From positions 1 through 34,894 of the forward strand of contig JBBSVU010000002.1 of assembly GCA_038046645.1 (NCBI GenBank): a stretch of 34,894 bases of DNA, in the 5' to 3' direction. The DNA is from an archaeon. Lineage in GTDB: Archaea; Iainarchaeota; Iainarchaeia; Iainarchaeales; 0-14-0-20-34-12. Under the pieces are notes generated by a model. It had not been told where the DNA came from. It saw nothing but the letters and a program-made list of their open reading frames with translations, and did not search any database. Positions 17,890 through 26,225 of the stretch are shown in pieces (position 1 is the stretch's first letter; each line of letters opens with the position of its first letter). The position numbers and the translations under genes are program-made.

Positions 17890-18002
17890 GAAGACAATCC
17901 CGTTCCTTAGCTAGTTTATTCAAATAGTCAGAGATGAAGACACTCACTTTGTGCATTTTCACTCATTTGGATTCCCTTTAGTGGGAAAAAAGTGGGATTC
18001 AT
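17870..18002 (-). promoter_or_regulatory. his operon leader with overlapping uORFs and two TGTCTTCATC (Cys-Leu-His) candidate +1 frameshift sites
   Basis: uORF1 runs from 18002 (or 17966) to 17928 and ends ECLHL*. uORF2, in the +1 frame, ends DCLHQGPCA* at 17870. hisG is +1 relative to uORF2. TTTAAA TATA-like box at 18033-18028. Confidence 0.65.
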
Positions 18003-18072
18003 AAGATAATAAATGCAGCATAACTGTTTTTAAATAGTGCTGTTACTTTCAGCAAAAAGGATAAGCAAAAAA

Positions 18073-18462
18073 TCAGTTAATTTTCTCAAAGCTTACTTTT
18101 ATTACTTCTTTCAGGTTTTTTAATTCTTTTTTTATTTTTTCAATGTCTGTCTTGTGGAAATCAGCAAGGATAGACCATACTGCCTCTTTTTTCCTTTTTA
18201 CGCTCCTTGACTCAGTATAAATCAAATCCACATTATTATTGGCGAGAATTTTTGCTACTTTGGACAATGACCCTGACTGGTCCTTCAGAGTTATCAAAAG
18301 TTTGCGGCCGGTTTTTTCAATAGGGAATAACAACAAGCGTTCATTTGTTTTATCAATTTCCAGGCAGATATTTTCCCCAGTTTTTATGCCCAAAGAGTCC
18401 CTAAACTGCTTTGGCAGCATTATTCTTCCTTTGGAATCTACCTTTATGTTTGTGCTGTCCAT
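18073..18462 (-). CDS. AbrB/MazE/SpoVT DNA-binding domain plus ACT domain protein
   Basis: KVDSKGRIMLPKQFRDSLGI (AbrB) followed by LKDQSGSLSKVAKILANNNVDL (ACT); alternative start 18489. Confidence 0.85.
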   Translation of the reverse strand: MDSTNIKVDSKGRIMLPKQFRDSLGIKTGENICLEIDKTNERLLLFPIEKTGRKLLITLKDQSGSLSKVAKILANNNVDLIYTESRSVKRKKEAVWSILADFHKTDIEKIKKELKNLKEVIKVSFEKIN

Positions 18463-18475
18463 ATTAAGCCATAAT

Positions 18476-19849
18476 TTATTTGCGTACAATATTCCTTTTT
18501 GGAATATAAATTATCTGGAAGTCCATTACATTTGTGCCTGTATGCCCTGTGATAATTTCATCGCCTAAAATCTTGAAAAAATGGTTTGAATCATTATTCT
18601 CTAAATAATCGCGATAATCCAAACTTAATTTTTGGGCTCTTTGCATTGTTTTTGTGTCAACAATAGCACCAGCAGCTTTGCTGAACCCGTCAATTCCGTC
18701 AGAACCGAATGAGCCAAGCACTGCATCCATATGCGCAATCTTGCCTGTTGTGCCTAATGCAACCTCCTGGTTTCTGCCGCCTTTACCATCGCCCTTTACT
18801 GTAACAGTGGTTTCACCGCCTGAAAGCAGGATGAAATCTTTTTTATACCTTTTTGCAAATTGGTCTGCTTCTATCAGTAATTTTAATCCTACAACCCTTG
18901 CTTCCCCCTCTATCTGGTTTGAATATATTTCACAATCCAGGCCATGTTCAAGCGCTTTAGAGCGCATTGCTGCAAGCGAAGCATAATTGTTAAGCAAAAT
19001 AATGTTAGTGACTTTTTCAAATATTTTATCATGTTCTTTTGGAGTTTCAGGGATTAACCCCTTTGCGCCCTTAAGAAGCCTTCTCTTTACTGTTGCCGGG
19101 GTTTTTCTCCATAACCAGAATTTCTTCAAATACTCAATGGCTTTTCTGTATTGGCTGCCGTCAGGAGCTGTCGGCCCAGAAGCTATAACATCAAGTTTAT
19201 CGCCGACAACATCAGAAATAATTAAGCTGACTAAAGTAGCTGGATGAACTGCTTTTGCAAGCAATCCCCCCTTTATTTGGGAAAGATGCTTTCTTATGCA
19301 ATTGATGTACTGAATTCTCATATCCGATTTTAAGAATAAGCGGTTCATGTTGATTAGGTCCTGCAAGGAAATGCCTTCAGCTGGCAGAATCATTAAGCTT
19401 GAACCACCTCCGGAAATTAAGCAGATAATCAAATCGTCCTTAGTTGCTTTCTTTGCAATCCTCATTATTTGTTTTGTCCCTTCCAATGATGTTTGATTAG
19501 GTATTGGGTGTCCGGCTTTAATTACGCGAATATTGCCATACCTTGCATCCCTTACTGAATTAATCCAGCCTTCCTTTATTCTATCCCCGATAATATCCTT
19601 TAATGCCTTTGCCATCTTCCATGCGGCTTTTCCAGCACCTATTACATAAGTATCCTTATATTTTGAAAGATCAAATTGCTTATCTGTTATTTTCAGAATA
19701 TTGCCTTCAAGCGATATTTTTTCCTTCATTAATTTGTCAGTATCTATTGTAGCTAGAGTTTCTTCAATTAAATCAAGAACTATCTTTCTTTCTCTTATGT
19801 AATAAGGGGAATTTTCAAGAAGCATCTGATAATTCTTTATTTTATGCAT
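18476..19849 (-). CDS. Glycerate 2-kinase (DUF4147/MOFRL family)
   Basis: GAGKAA, AGHPIP, ISGGGSSL, SDVVGD, IASGPT, GGETTV, GGRNQE, DGIDG, TGTNVMD; alternative start 19864. Confidence 0.93.
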   Translation of the reverse strand: MHKIKNYQMLLENSPYYIRERKIVLDLIEETLATIDTDKLMKEKISLEGNILKITDKQFDLSKYKDTYVIGAGKAAWKMAKALKDIIGDRIKEGWINSVRDARYGNIRVIKAGHPIPNQTSLEGTKQIMRIAKKATKDDLIICLISGGGSSLMILPAEGISLQDLINMNRLFLKSDMRIQYINCIRKHLSQIKGGLLAKAVHPATLVSLIISDVVGDKLDVIASGPTAPDGSQYRKAIEYLKKFWLWRKTPATVKRRLLKGAKGLIPETPKEHDKIFEKVTNIILLNNYASLAAMRSKALEHGLDCEIYSNQIEGEARVVGLKLLIEADQFAKRYKKDFILLSGGETTVTVKGDGKGGRNQEVALGTTGKIAHMDAVLGSFGSDGIDGFSKAAGAIVDTKTMQRAQKLSLDYRDYLENNDSNHFFKILGDEIITGHTGTNVMDFQIIYIPKRNIVRK

Positions 19850-20570
19850 ATTTCCTTTCTCCAAACAGTAAAGAACCCAATCTTACTATAGTAGAGCCTT
19901 CCTCAACCGCAATTTTATAATCATTGCTTGTTCCCATAGATATTTCACTTATGTTAAAATTCTTGGAATTCATTTGTTTTGCCCTATCGAATTGTTCCTT
20001 CAACTGTTTAAAATGTTTTCTGTTCATTTCTGAAATCTGAAATTTAGGCATACCCATGAATCCTAGCACGCAAATATGGCTAAGTGGGCTGATTTTCCCA
20101 CAAAATTCTGATATTTGTCCAATATCTATGCCGTATTTTGAATCTTCTTTTGAGATATTTACTTCTATGAAAACACCAGTAATTTTATTTAATTCCGCGC
20201 TTCTATCGTTGATTTTTTCTGCCAATTCAAAAGAATCAAGGGATTCAATCACATTAATATGCGGCAAAATTGATTTTACCTTATTCCTCTGCAAATGCCC
20301 TATAAAATGCCATTCAATTTTTTTGCCGTTTATTTCATTTCCAAGGATAGAATATTTTTCCAAAAATTCCTTGGCATAGTTTTCCCCAAACAGTGAAATG
20401 CCCAAGTCGGCAGCAATTTTTATTTTTTCAGTGCTTTGCGCTTTTGATGCCGCAAGAATTCTGATTGAATTTTCTGGCCTGCCTGCTTTTTTGCAGGCCT
20501 CATTAATATTGTTTTTTATGCTTGAAATATTGCGCTTTATTTCTTCCTGAATTTCCATTTCCTGCATCAT
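19842..20570 (-). CDS. yggS: PLP homeostasis protein, YggS/PROSC family
   Basis: AASK, FGENY, WHFIGHLQRNK, SMGTSNDY, GSTIVRLG. Confidence 0.93.
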   Translation of the reverse strand: MMQEMEIQEEIKRNISSIKNNINEACKKAGRPENSIRILAASKAQSTEKIKIAADLGISLFGENYAKEFLEKYSILGNEINGKKIEWHFIGHLQRNKVKSILPHINVIESLDSFELAEKINDRSAELNKITGVFIEVNISKEDSKYGIDIGQISEFCGKISPLSHICVLGFMGMPKFQISEMNRKHFKQLKEQFDRAKQMNSKNFNISEISMGTSNDYKIAVEEGSTIVRLGSLLFGERKYA

Positions 20571-21487
20571 TAATCAGATTTTTCAGATTTCAAATATTTT
20601 GAAACAGCAAGCGCTGCCTTGCAGCCTTCTGCAGCAGAAACCACTAGCTGTTTTACACCTATATTTGTAACATCGCCTGCTGCAAAAAGGCCTTTTACCG
20701 AGGTCATATTATTTTGGTCAATAATTATTTCCTTAAAGTTATTTTTTTCACAATCAACGAATTCTGAATTAGGGTCTTCTCCAATATTCACAAAAATTGC
20801 TGCAATATCCAAGGTTTTTTCCCTGCCTGCCATTAAATCTTTATATTTTAAGCCTGAAACCATTTCCTTTCCAAATACTTCTGTTACCTGCGCTTTTGTA
20901 ATAATTTCAATATTTTCCTTCCTCAGAACTTCTTGCTTAGTTATCTCTTCCCCATTTATTTCAGAACCAAACTCCAGGAGAAATACCTTCCTGCAAAAAC
21001 CGCTTAGGAAAAGTGCATTTTCTATTCCAGCATATCCTGCGCCTATGACTGCAACATCCTGCTCTGCATAAAGAGGGCCATCGCAGATAGCGCAATGGTG
21101 CATTCCTTTGCTTTCAAACAAATCCGCATTTCTTACTTTTAATTTTCTTGGCCTTTTCCCTGTCGCAATAATAACTGCTCTGCTTTCATATTCCCCTTCC
21201 TCAGTTTTTATTGTGAAATTGTTGCCTTTTTTTGAAATATTTTTTACCTTTGCCCCTTCAATTGCTTCAACAGGATATTCTTTTAGATGCTCTGATAAGG
21301 CAATGCTCATCTCAACACCTGAAATTGTTTTTATTCCTGGATAATTTTCAATTGATTCTGTTTCAAGTAATTGCCCGCCAAATTCCGTAGTAATAAGCAT
21401 TGTTTTCAGGCCTGCGCGCGCAGCATATATTCCTGCTGAACAGCCTGCACCAGCCCCACCTATAATAATCAAATCAAACAAATCCAT
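20570..21487 (-). CDS. trxB: Thioredoxin-disulfide reductase
   Basis: GAGAGCSAGIY, IENYPG, IATG, redox motif CAIC(DG), FAAGDVT; start taken at MDLFDLIII (21487). Confidence 0.9.
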   Translation of the reverse strand: MDLFDLIIIGGAGAGCSAGIYAARAGLKTMLITTEFGGQLLETESIENYPGIKTISGVEMSIALSEHLKEYPVEAIEGAKVKNISKKGNNFTIKTEEGEYESRAVIIATGKRPRKLKVRNADLFESKGMHHCAICDGPLYAEQDVAVIGAGYAGIENALFLSGFCRKVFLLEFGSEINGEEITKQEVLRKENIEIITKAQVTEVFGKEMVSGLKYKDLMAGREKTLDIAAIFVNIGEDPNSEFVDCEKNNFKEIIIDQNNMTSVKGLFAAGDVTNIGVKQLVVSAAEGCKAALAVSKYLKSEKSD

Positions 21488-21770
21488 AGTAACACAAAGT
21501 AAAGAGCAAAACATTATTATTCTTTTCAGAAGTGAATTCAAGATATTTGTCCGCATTCGGCAAGAGCCTAATTTTTCTGGTTTGAATTTTGGAATTTTTC
21601 ATCAGGAAAAAGTTAATTTTATGTACTTCAAGCCAAGCTTTATAAATAAGAAGGACATACTAAATATGTTCTCAAATTTTTTCATTGAACTTATTCTCCT
21701 GACACATCTAAAGCGCAGACTAACTATTCTAAATGAGTATTATTTGAAATTGAAATCTTGGGGTGCCTGT

Positions 21771-24700
21771 ATGAAGAGTAAATTCGATTTTATCCAGAAA
21801 AGGGAAGGTAGGTTAGTGCCATTTGATAAGGAAAAGATAATTAATGCTGTGTTCGCGGCAGCAAGGGCTGCTGGCGGCAGTGACAGAAAATTAGCTGAGA
21901 AGCTTGCTGACCAGGTTGTTTCCCATCTAAATAGGAATATTAAGCAAAAGTACCCGACAGTTGAGCAGATACAGGATTCTGTCGAGCGAATTTTAATTGA
22001 GGAAGGGCATGCAAGGACAGCAAAAGCATATATTTCCTACAGGCAAAAAAGGACAGAGGTAAGGTCTGAGAAAGCGCAGGTTCTGCAGAAGGAAAGGATT
22101 GATGAAGTAGACAAATGCTTTGATTTGAATGCATTGAAGGTTTTGACATCAAGATATTTACGAAAGGATGAATCAGGAAAATTGGTTGAATGCCCGAAGG
22201 AATTATTTACTAGGGTAGCAGTCCATACTGCCTTGCCAGATCTTTTATATGATACAGTTGTTTTTAGCAAAGTCCCTAACCAGAGGAAAAACGGGCACGA
22301 AAAATTTATCCCAGCAAAATACGAAGGAAAAATTTTCATAGGGAAATATGAATTGAATAAGCATCATCTTGAGGGTTTGAAAAGAACCTATGATAGGATG
22401 GCTTCAAAAGGGCACATGAAAATTTCCTGGAAAAAGTTTTTTGACATGCTTTCAAAAAGGAAATTTGAGAAATATGAAAAAACAATTGACGCTTTCTACA
22501 ACCTGATGGTTTCAAAGAAATTTTTGCCTAATACCCCGGCTTTGGCTAATTTTGGCAATCCTTTAGGAATGGGTTCTGCTTGTTTTGTTTTAGATATTGA
22601 TGATTCAATGGAAGAAATCATGGAAACTCTGAAGAAAACCGCATTAGTGTTTAAGGCAGGCGGAGGCATGGGCTATAATTTCTCAAAATTAAGGCCAGAA
22701 GGTGATTTTGTATCTAGCACGCATGGCTTAGCTTCAGGCCCTCTTAGCTTTATGCGCCTTTTTGACACAATGACTGAGGTGATAAAACAAGGGGGAATAA
22801 GAAGAGGCGCCAATATGGGCATTTTGAACAGCAATCATCCAGACATTGAAAACTTTGTAAAGGCAAAAGAAGGAAATAAGGCATTGAAAAATTTTAATAT
22901 TTCTGTAATGCTGATGGATGATTTTTGGGAATGTTACAGGAAGAATAAACCTTATCCTTTATTGAACCCGAGAAGTGGAAAGGTAATGAGAACAATTGAT
23001 GCAAAAAATTTGTTTGACATTATTGTGCACCAGGCATGGGAATCTGCCGAGCCAGGAGTAATCTATTTTGACAATGTAAATAAGTACAACCCATTGCTTG
23101 AAGGATTGGGGCCAATATATTCTACTAATCCTTGCGTTAGTGCAGACACATTAATTCCAACAGCAAAGGGTCTGGAAAGGATTGATTCTATTAAAGCAAG
23201 CAGTATTGTAGTGGATTCAAGAATCCTTAACCAAAATAAGGATAATGTTACTTTACAATTAGGGACAATGGCAGCTGAGCATTTGCAGGCAATTAAAACA
23301 GGGATAAAGGAAACATATAAGATTACTACTAATTCAGGCTATGAATTAATTGCAACCCCTGATCATAGAATAATGACAACCAATGGCTGGAAACCATTGA
23401 TTGAATTGTCAACAGAGGACGAACTGCTTATTCAAAGTGGGGAAGGTTTGTTTAACAGCAATGCTGCTTTGCCCTTTGTGGTTGAAAACAAGCATATTGG
23501 AAAAAACGGCAGGGAATATTCATTTAATCTTCCAACTCAATGGGATTACCATTTAGGATTAGTGCTAGGTTGGCTCACTGGGGATGGCTGGTTTAATAAA
23601 AAATATAATCAAGCAGGTTTTGTATTCTCTAAAGAAGATAAACTTGCAATGGACATAATAAAGCCAATACTTGAAAAGTATTTTAATGGAGTAACGGTCA
23701 TGAACCAAGCAAATGGCTGCATTCAGCTTAGGAGCAATAGCAGATATGTATCAGACTATTTAAACCAATTAGGGCTGAAATCATTCCCTGAAGAAAAAGA
23801 AGTGCCATCTGCATTATTTACTGCAACAAAGGAAGCAATACTTGGATTTTTAAGTGGCTTATTCTCAAGTGATGGAACTGTTGCATTAGGCTCAAAAAGC
23901 AGAAACTATATAAGGTTAAATTCAAGTTCAGTGAAATTATTGAAACAAGTGCAGCTCCTGTTGCTTAACTTAGGAATAAGAACAAGTATTTATGACAGGT
24001 CAACAAAATCAAAATGTTTCAAATACACATCAAGCAAAGGGGAAGAAAAAATATACAAAACTAGCGGGATTAATTATGAGCTTAATATAAGCAAGGAAAA
24101 CCTTGCTAGATTTATTGGCTTAATAGGTCTTATCAATAGCAATAAGAGCCAAAAGATGGATAAGCTTAAAGAATTTGAATTTTATAAAGAAACATTTACT
24201 GATGCTATTGAGTCAATTGAATATGCAGGAATGAGGGAAGTATGGGATATCACAGAACCATTAACGCATTCCTTTATAGCAAACGGAATTTTAGTTCATA
24301 ATTGTGGTGAGGTTTTGCTTTACCCGAATGAATCATGCAATTTAGGCAGCATAAATATTTGGGCTTTTTGCAAAGAGGATAAAAATGCAAAATTGCATTT
24401 TGACTGGGATGGTTTGAAAGAAACCATAATTTTGGCATCCCATTTTTTGGATAATGTTATAGACATCAACAAATTCCCGTTAAAAGAAATTGAAGAAATG
24501 TCACTGAATACAAGAAAGATTGGGTTAGGTGTAATGGGAGTAGCTGATGCAATGTTTGAAATGGACATTCCTTATGACAACCCAAAAGGCAGGGCGTTCA
24601 TGGAGCAATTGATGGAATTTATCAATTATTATTCTAAGGTGCAATCAATAGATAATGGCAAAAAAAAGGGAAAATTCCCCTTTTACCACAAGAGTTTCTA

Positions 24701-25517
24701 CTCAAAAGGAAAGCTGCCTTTCAAAGGGATTGAGGAAAAGAAAAGCTGGCACTTTGACTGGAATAAGCTGGCAAAAGATATCAAGAAACATGGATTAAGG
24801 AATAGTTTTACTACCGTAATCGCGCCAACAGGCAGTATTTCAATGATTGCCGGTTGCTCCTCAGGGATAGAACCTATGTATAGTTTAGTATTTGAAAAGA
24901 ATGTAAAGGTCGGAAGTTTCTATTATGTGAATAGGGTCCTGGAAAAAAGGCTTAGCGAAGAAGGATTGTTTGATGATCTTCTTGTTGAAGATGTCGTGAA
25001 ATGCAATGGGAGTGTGCAAACGATTGGATATATTCCCCCTAGAATAAAAAATGTGTTTGTAACCTCTCATGATATTGTTGCTGAAGACCATATCCGGGCT
25101 TTGGCTTCATTCCAAAAATGGACTGACTCAAGCATTTCTAAAACAATTAATTTCCCTGCTGATGTCAGTCTGGAAGAGATGGAAAAATCATATGTATTGG
25201 CACACGATTTAGGCTGCAAGGATGTTACAGTATATAGAGACAGTTCACTGAAGGAACAGGTTTTGATCACAAAGAAAAGGGAAAGAAAAGGAAGCTCTTA
25301 TGAATTAACGGCAGAATCAGCAAAACCTGATTCTGAATATATAGTTGTTGGCCCTGCAAATGTTCCGGAGAATTCAGCTGCTGCAAATAATGACAATGGG
25401 CACCATTCAAGTAACATGAATGTGAAAAAATGCCCGAATGATGGCACAGTCCTAATAAAAAAAGAGGGCTGCACAGTCTGCCCGGTTTGTGGTTATGGCC
25501 TTTGCTCAAATGATTAA
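21771..25517 (+). CDS. nrdJ: Adenosylcobalamin-dependent (class II) ribonucleotide reductase with N-terminal ATP cone and an intein
   Basis: ATP cone (KREGRLVPFDKEKI, VEQIQDSVE), PNTP, SACFV, GGGMG, QGGIRRGANM, TNP|CGE, CNLGSIN, IAPTGSIS, C-terminal C-x2...CTVCPVCG. Confidence 0.95.
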   Translation: MKSKFDFIQKREGRLVPFDKEKIINAVFAAARAAGGSDRKLAEKLADQVVSHLNRNIKQKYPTVEQIQDSVERILIEEGHARTAKAYISYRQKRTEVRSEKAQVLQKERIDEVDKCFDLNALKVLTSRYLRKDESGKLVECPKELFTRVAVHTALPDLLYDTVVFSKVPNQRKNGHEKFIPAKYEGKIFIGKYELNKHHLEGLKRTYDRMASKGHMKISWKKFFDMLSKRKFEKYEKTIDAFYNLMVSKKFLPNTPALANFGNPLGMGSACFVLDIDDSMEEIMETLKKTALVFKAGGGMGYNFSKLRPEGDFVSSTHGLASGPLSFMRLFDTMTEVIKQGGIRRGANMGILNSNHPDIENFVKAKEGNKALKNFNISVMLMDDFWECYRKNKPYPLLNPRSGKVMRTIDAKNLFDIIVHQAWESAEPGVIYFDNVNKYNPLLEGLGPIYSTNPCVSADTLIPTAKGLERIDSIKASSIVVDSRILNQNKDNVTLQLGTMAAEHLQAIKTGIKETYKITTNSGYELIATPDHRIMTTNGWKPLIELSTEDELLIQSGEGLFNSNAALPFVVENKHIGKNGREYSFNLPTQWDYHLGLVLGWLTGDGWFNKKYNQAGFVFSKEDKLAMDIIKPILEKYFNGVTVMNQANGCIQLRSNSRYVSDYLNQLGLKSFPEEKEVPSALFTATKEAILGFLSGLFSSDGTVALGSKSRNYIRLNSSSVKLLKQVQLLLLNLGIRTSIYDRSTKSKCFKYTSSKGEEKIYKTSGINYELNISKENLARFIGLIGLINSNKSQKMDKLKEFEFYKETFTDAIESIEYAGMREVWDITEPLTHSFIANGILVHNCGEVLLYPNESCNLGSINIWAFCKEDKNAKLHFDWDGLKETIILASHFLDNVIDINKFPLKEIEEMSLNTRKIGLGVMGVADAMFEMDIPYDNPKGRAFMEQLMEFINYYSKVQSIDNGKKKGKFPFYHKSFYSKGKLPFKGIEEKKSWHFDWNKLAKDIKKHGLRNSFTTVIAPTGSISMIAGCSSGIEPMYSLVFEKNVKVGSFYYVNRVLEKRLSEEGLFDDLLVEDVVKCNGSVQTIGYIPPRIKNVFVTSHDIVAEDHIRALASFQKWTDSSISKTINFPADVSLEEMEKSYVLAHDLGCKDVTVYRDSSLKEQVLITKKRERKGSSYELTAESAKPDSEYIVVGPANVPENSAAANNDNGHHSSNMNVKKCPNDGTVLIKKEGCTVCPVCGYGLCSND
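23133..24302 (+). mobile_element. Intein (390 aa) with LAGLIDADG homing endonuclease
   Basis: Starts CVSADT after STNP; block B ATPDHRI; LAGLIDADG motifs LGWLTGDGW and LSGLFSSDG; ends VWDITEP...ANGILVHN, followed by Cys. Confidence 0.95.
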
Positions 25518-25688
25518 ACAAGCAGAATACGAGGCAAAAAGCAAATTTTACCTCTAAGAGGCATTTAAATGCTTTTTGCTGATTCAGTCTATTAGAAATT
25601 TAGGTTTTAGTAAAAAATTTAAGTATTAATAAAAAGACTAGAGTTTAGTAAAAGATAAAGCATTAATAAAAAATTGGAGGTAATTTTA

Positions 25689-25841
25689 ATGGCTAAACCA
25701 GCATTTGGAGGATATAGTATTTGTTTCAAGGGTTGTACAGACTCAATTGAATCAGTATTTGGTTCAGGAAAGATTTCACCAAGTGAAATGACCAAGAAAA
25801 TTTGGGCATATGTAAAAAGCAAGAAATTGTCAAGTAAATAA
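25689..25841 (+). CDS. 50-aa stand-alone SWIB/MDM2-like protein (missed by the ORF track)
   Basis: MAKPAFGGYSICFKGCTDSIESVFGSGKISPSEMTKKIWAYVKSKKLSSK*. Strong GGAGG SD; G..ISxxEMTKKIWAYVK resembles the SWIB core. Confidence 0.72.
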   Translation: MAKPAFGGYSICFKGCTDSIESVFGSGKISPSEMTKKIWAYVKSKKLSSK

Positions 25842-25943
25842 ATTGCTTGAAAATATCTTTCAATAAAGTAATTAATTAAGTATGCAGCAATTTTGCTGCA
25901 TGCTAATTCTATTTTTTATTTTAAAAAGCAGGAAATGATTTTT

Positions 25944-26174
25944 ATGGGCTTGGCTGATTTTTTAAAATTCGGGAAGAAGGAAGAAAAAACCGAAGAGAAA
26001 AAAACTGCCGAATCGCAGGAAGATTCAGGGCAAGAATCTTCAGAAGATGCGAAATATGCAGACAAGGCATGCGCCTTATGCGGCAGAGACCAGGCAGAGA
26101 AGCAATGGGCCGGGCAATACTGGCACAAAAAATGTTTTCGCCAGGTGAAGAAGGGCGCAAAAAGGATGATATAA
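25944..26174 (+). CDS. Small hypothetical protein with acidic linker and C-x2-C...H-x2-C Zn finger
   Basis: MGLADFLKFGKKEEK...CALCG...YWHKKCFR. Confidence 0.7.
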   Translation: MGLADFLKFGKKEEKTEEKKTAESQEDSGQESSEDAKYADKACALCGRDQAEKQWAGQYWHKKCFRQVKKGAKRMI

Positions 26175-26225
26175 TCTCAGACATTATTTAAACACTATTT
26201 GATAGATAGATTGCTATGATTGCAT

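Noticed and set aside
17928..18002. Classical His-rich attenuator leader peptide
   Set aside because: There is no run of His codons and no clear terminator/antiterminator with a U tract before hisG; the frameshift model fits the layout better.
21654..21671. Possible NrdR box upstream of nrdJ (ACATActaaaTATGT)
   Set aside because: Only 5-bp arms, a poor fit to the consensus, no tandem partner and no nrdR in the window.
21582..21770. ORF-track N-terminal extensions of nrdJ (from 21582) and trxB (from 21556)
   Set aside because: Homology starts at ATG 21771 (ATP cone, GGGGTG SD) and ATG 21487; the extensions cover the divergent promoter region.
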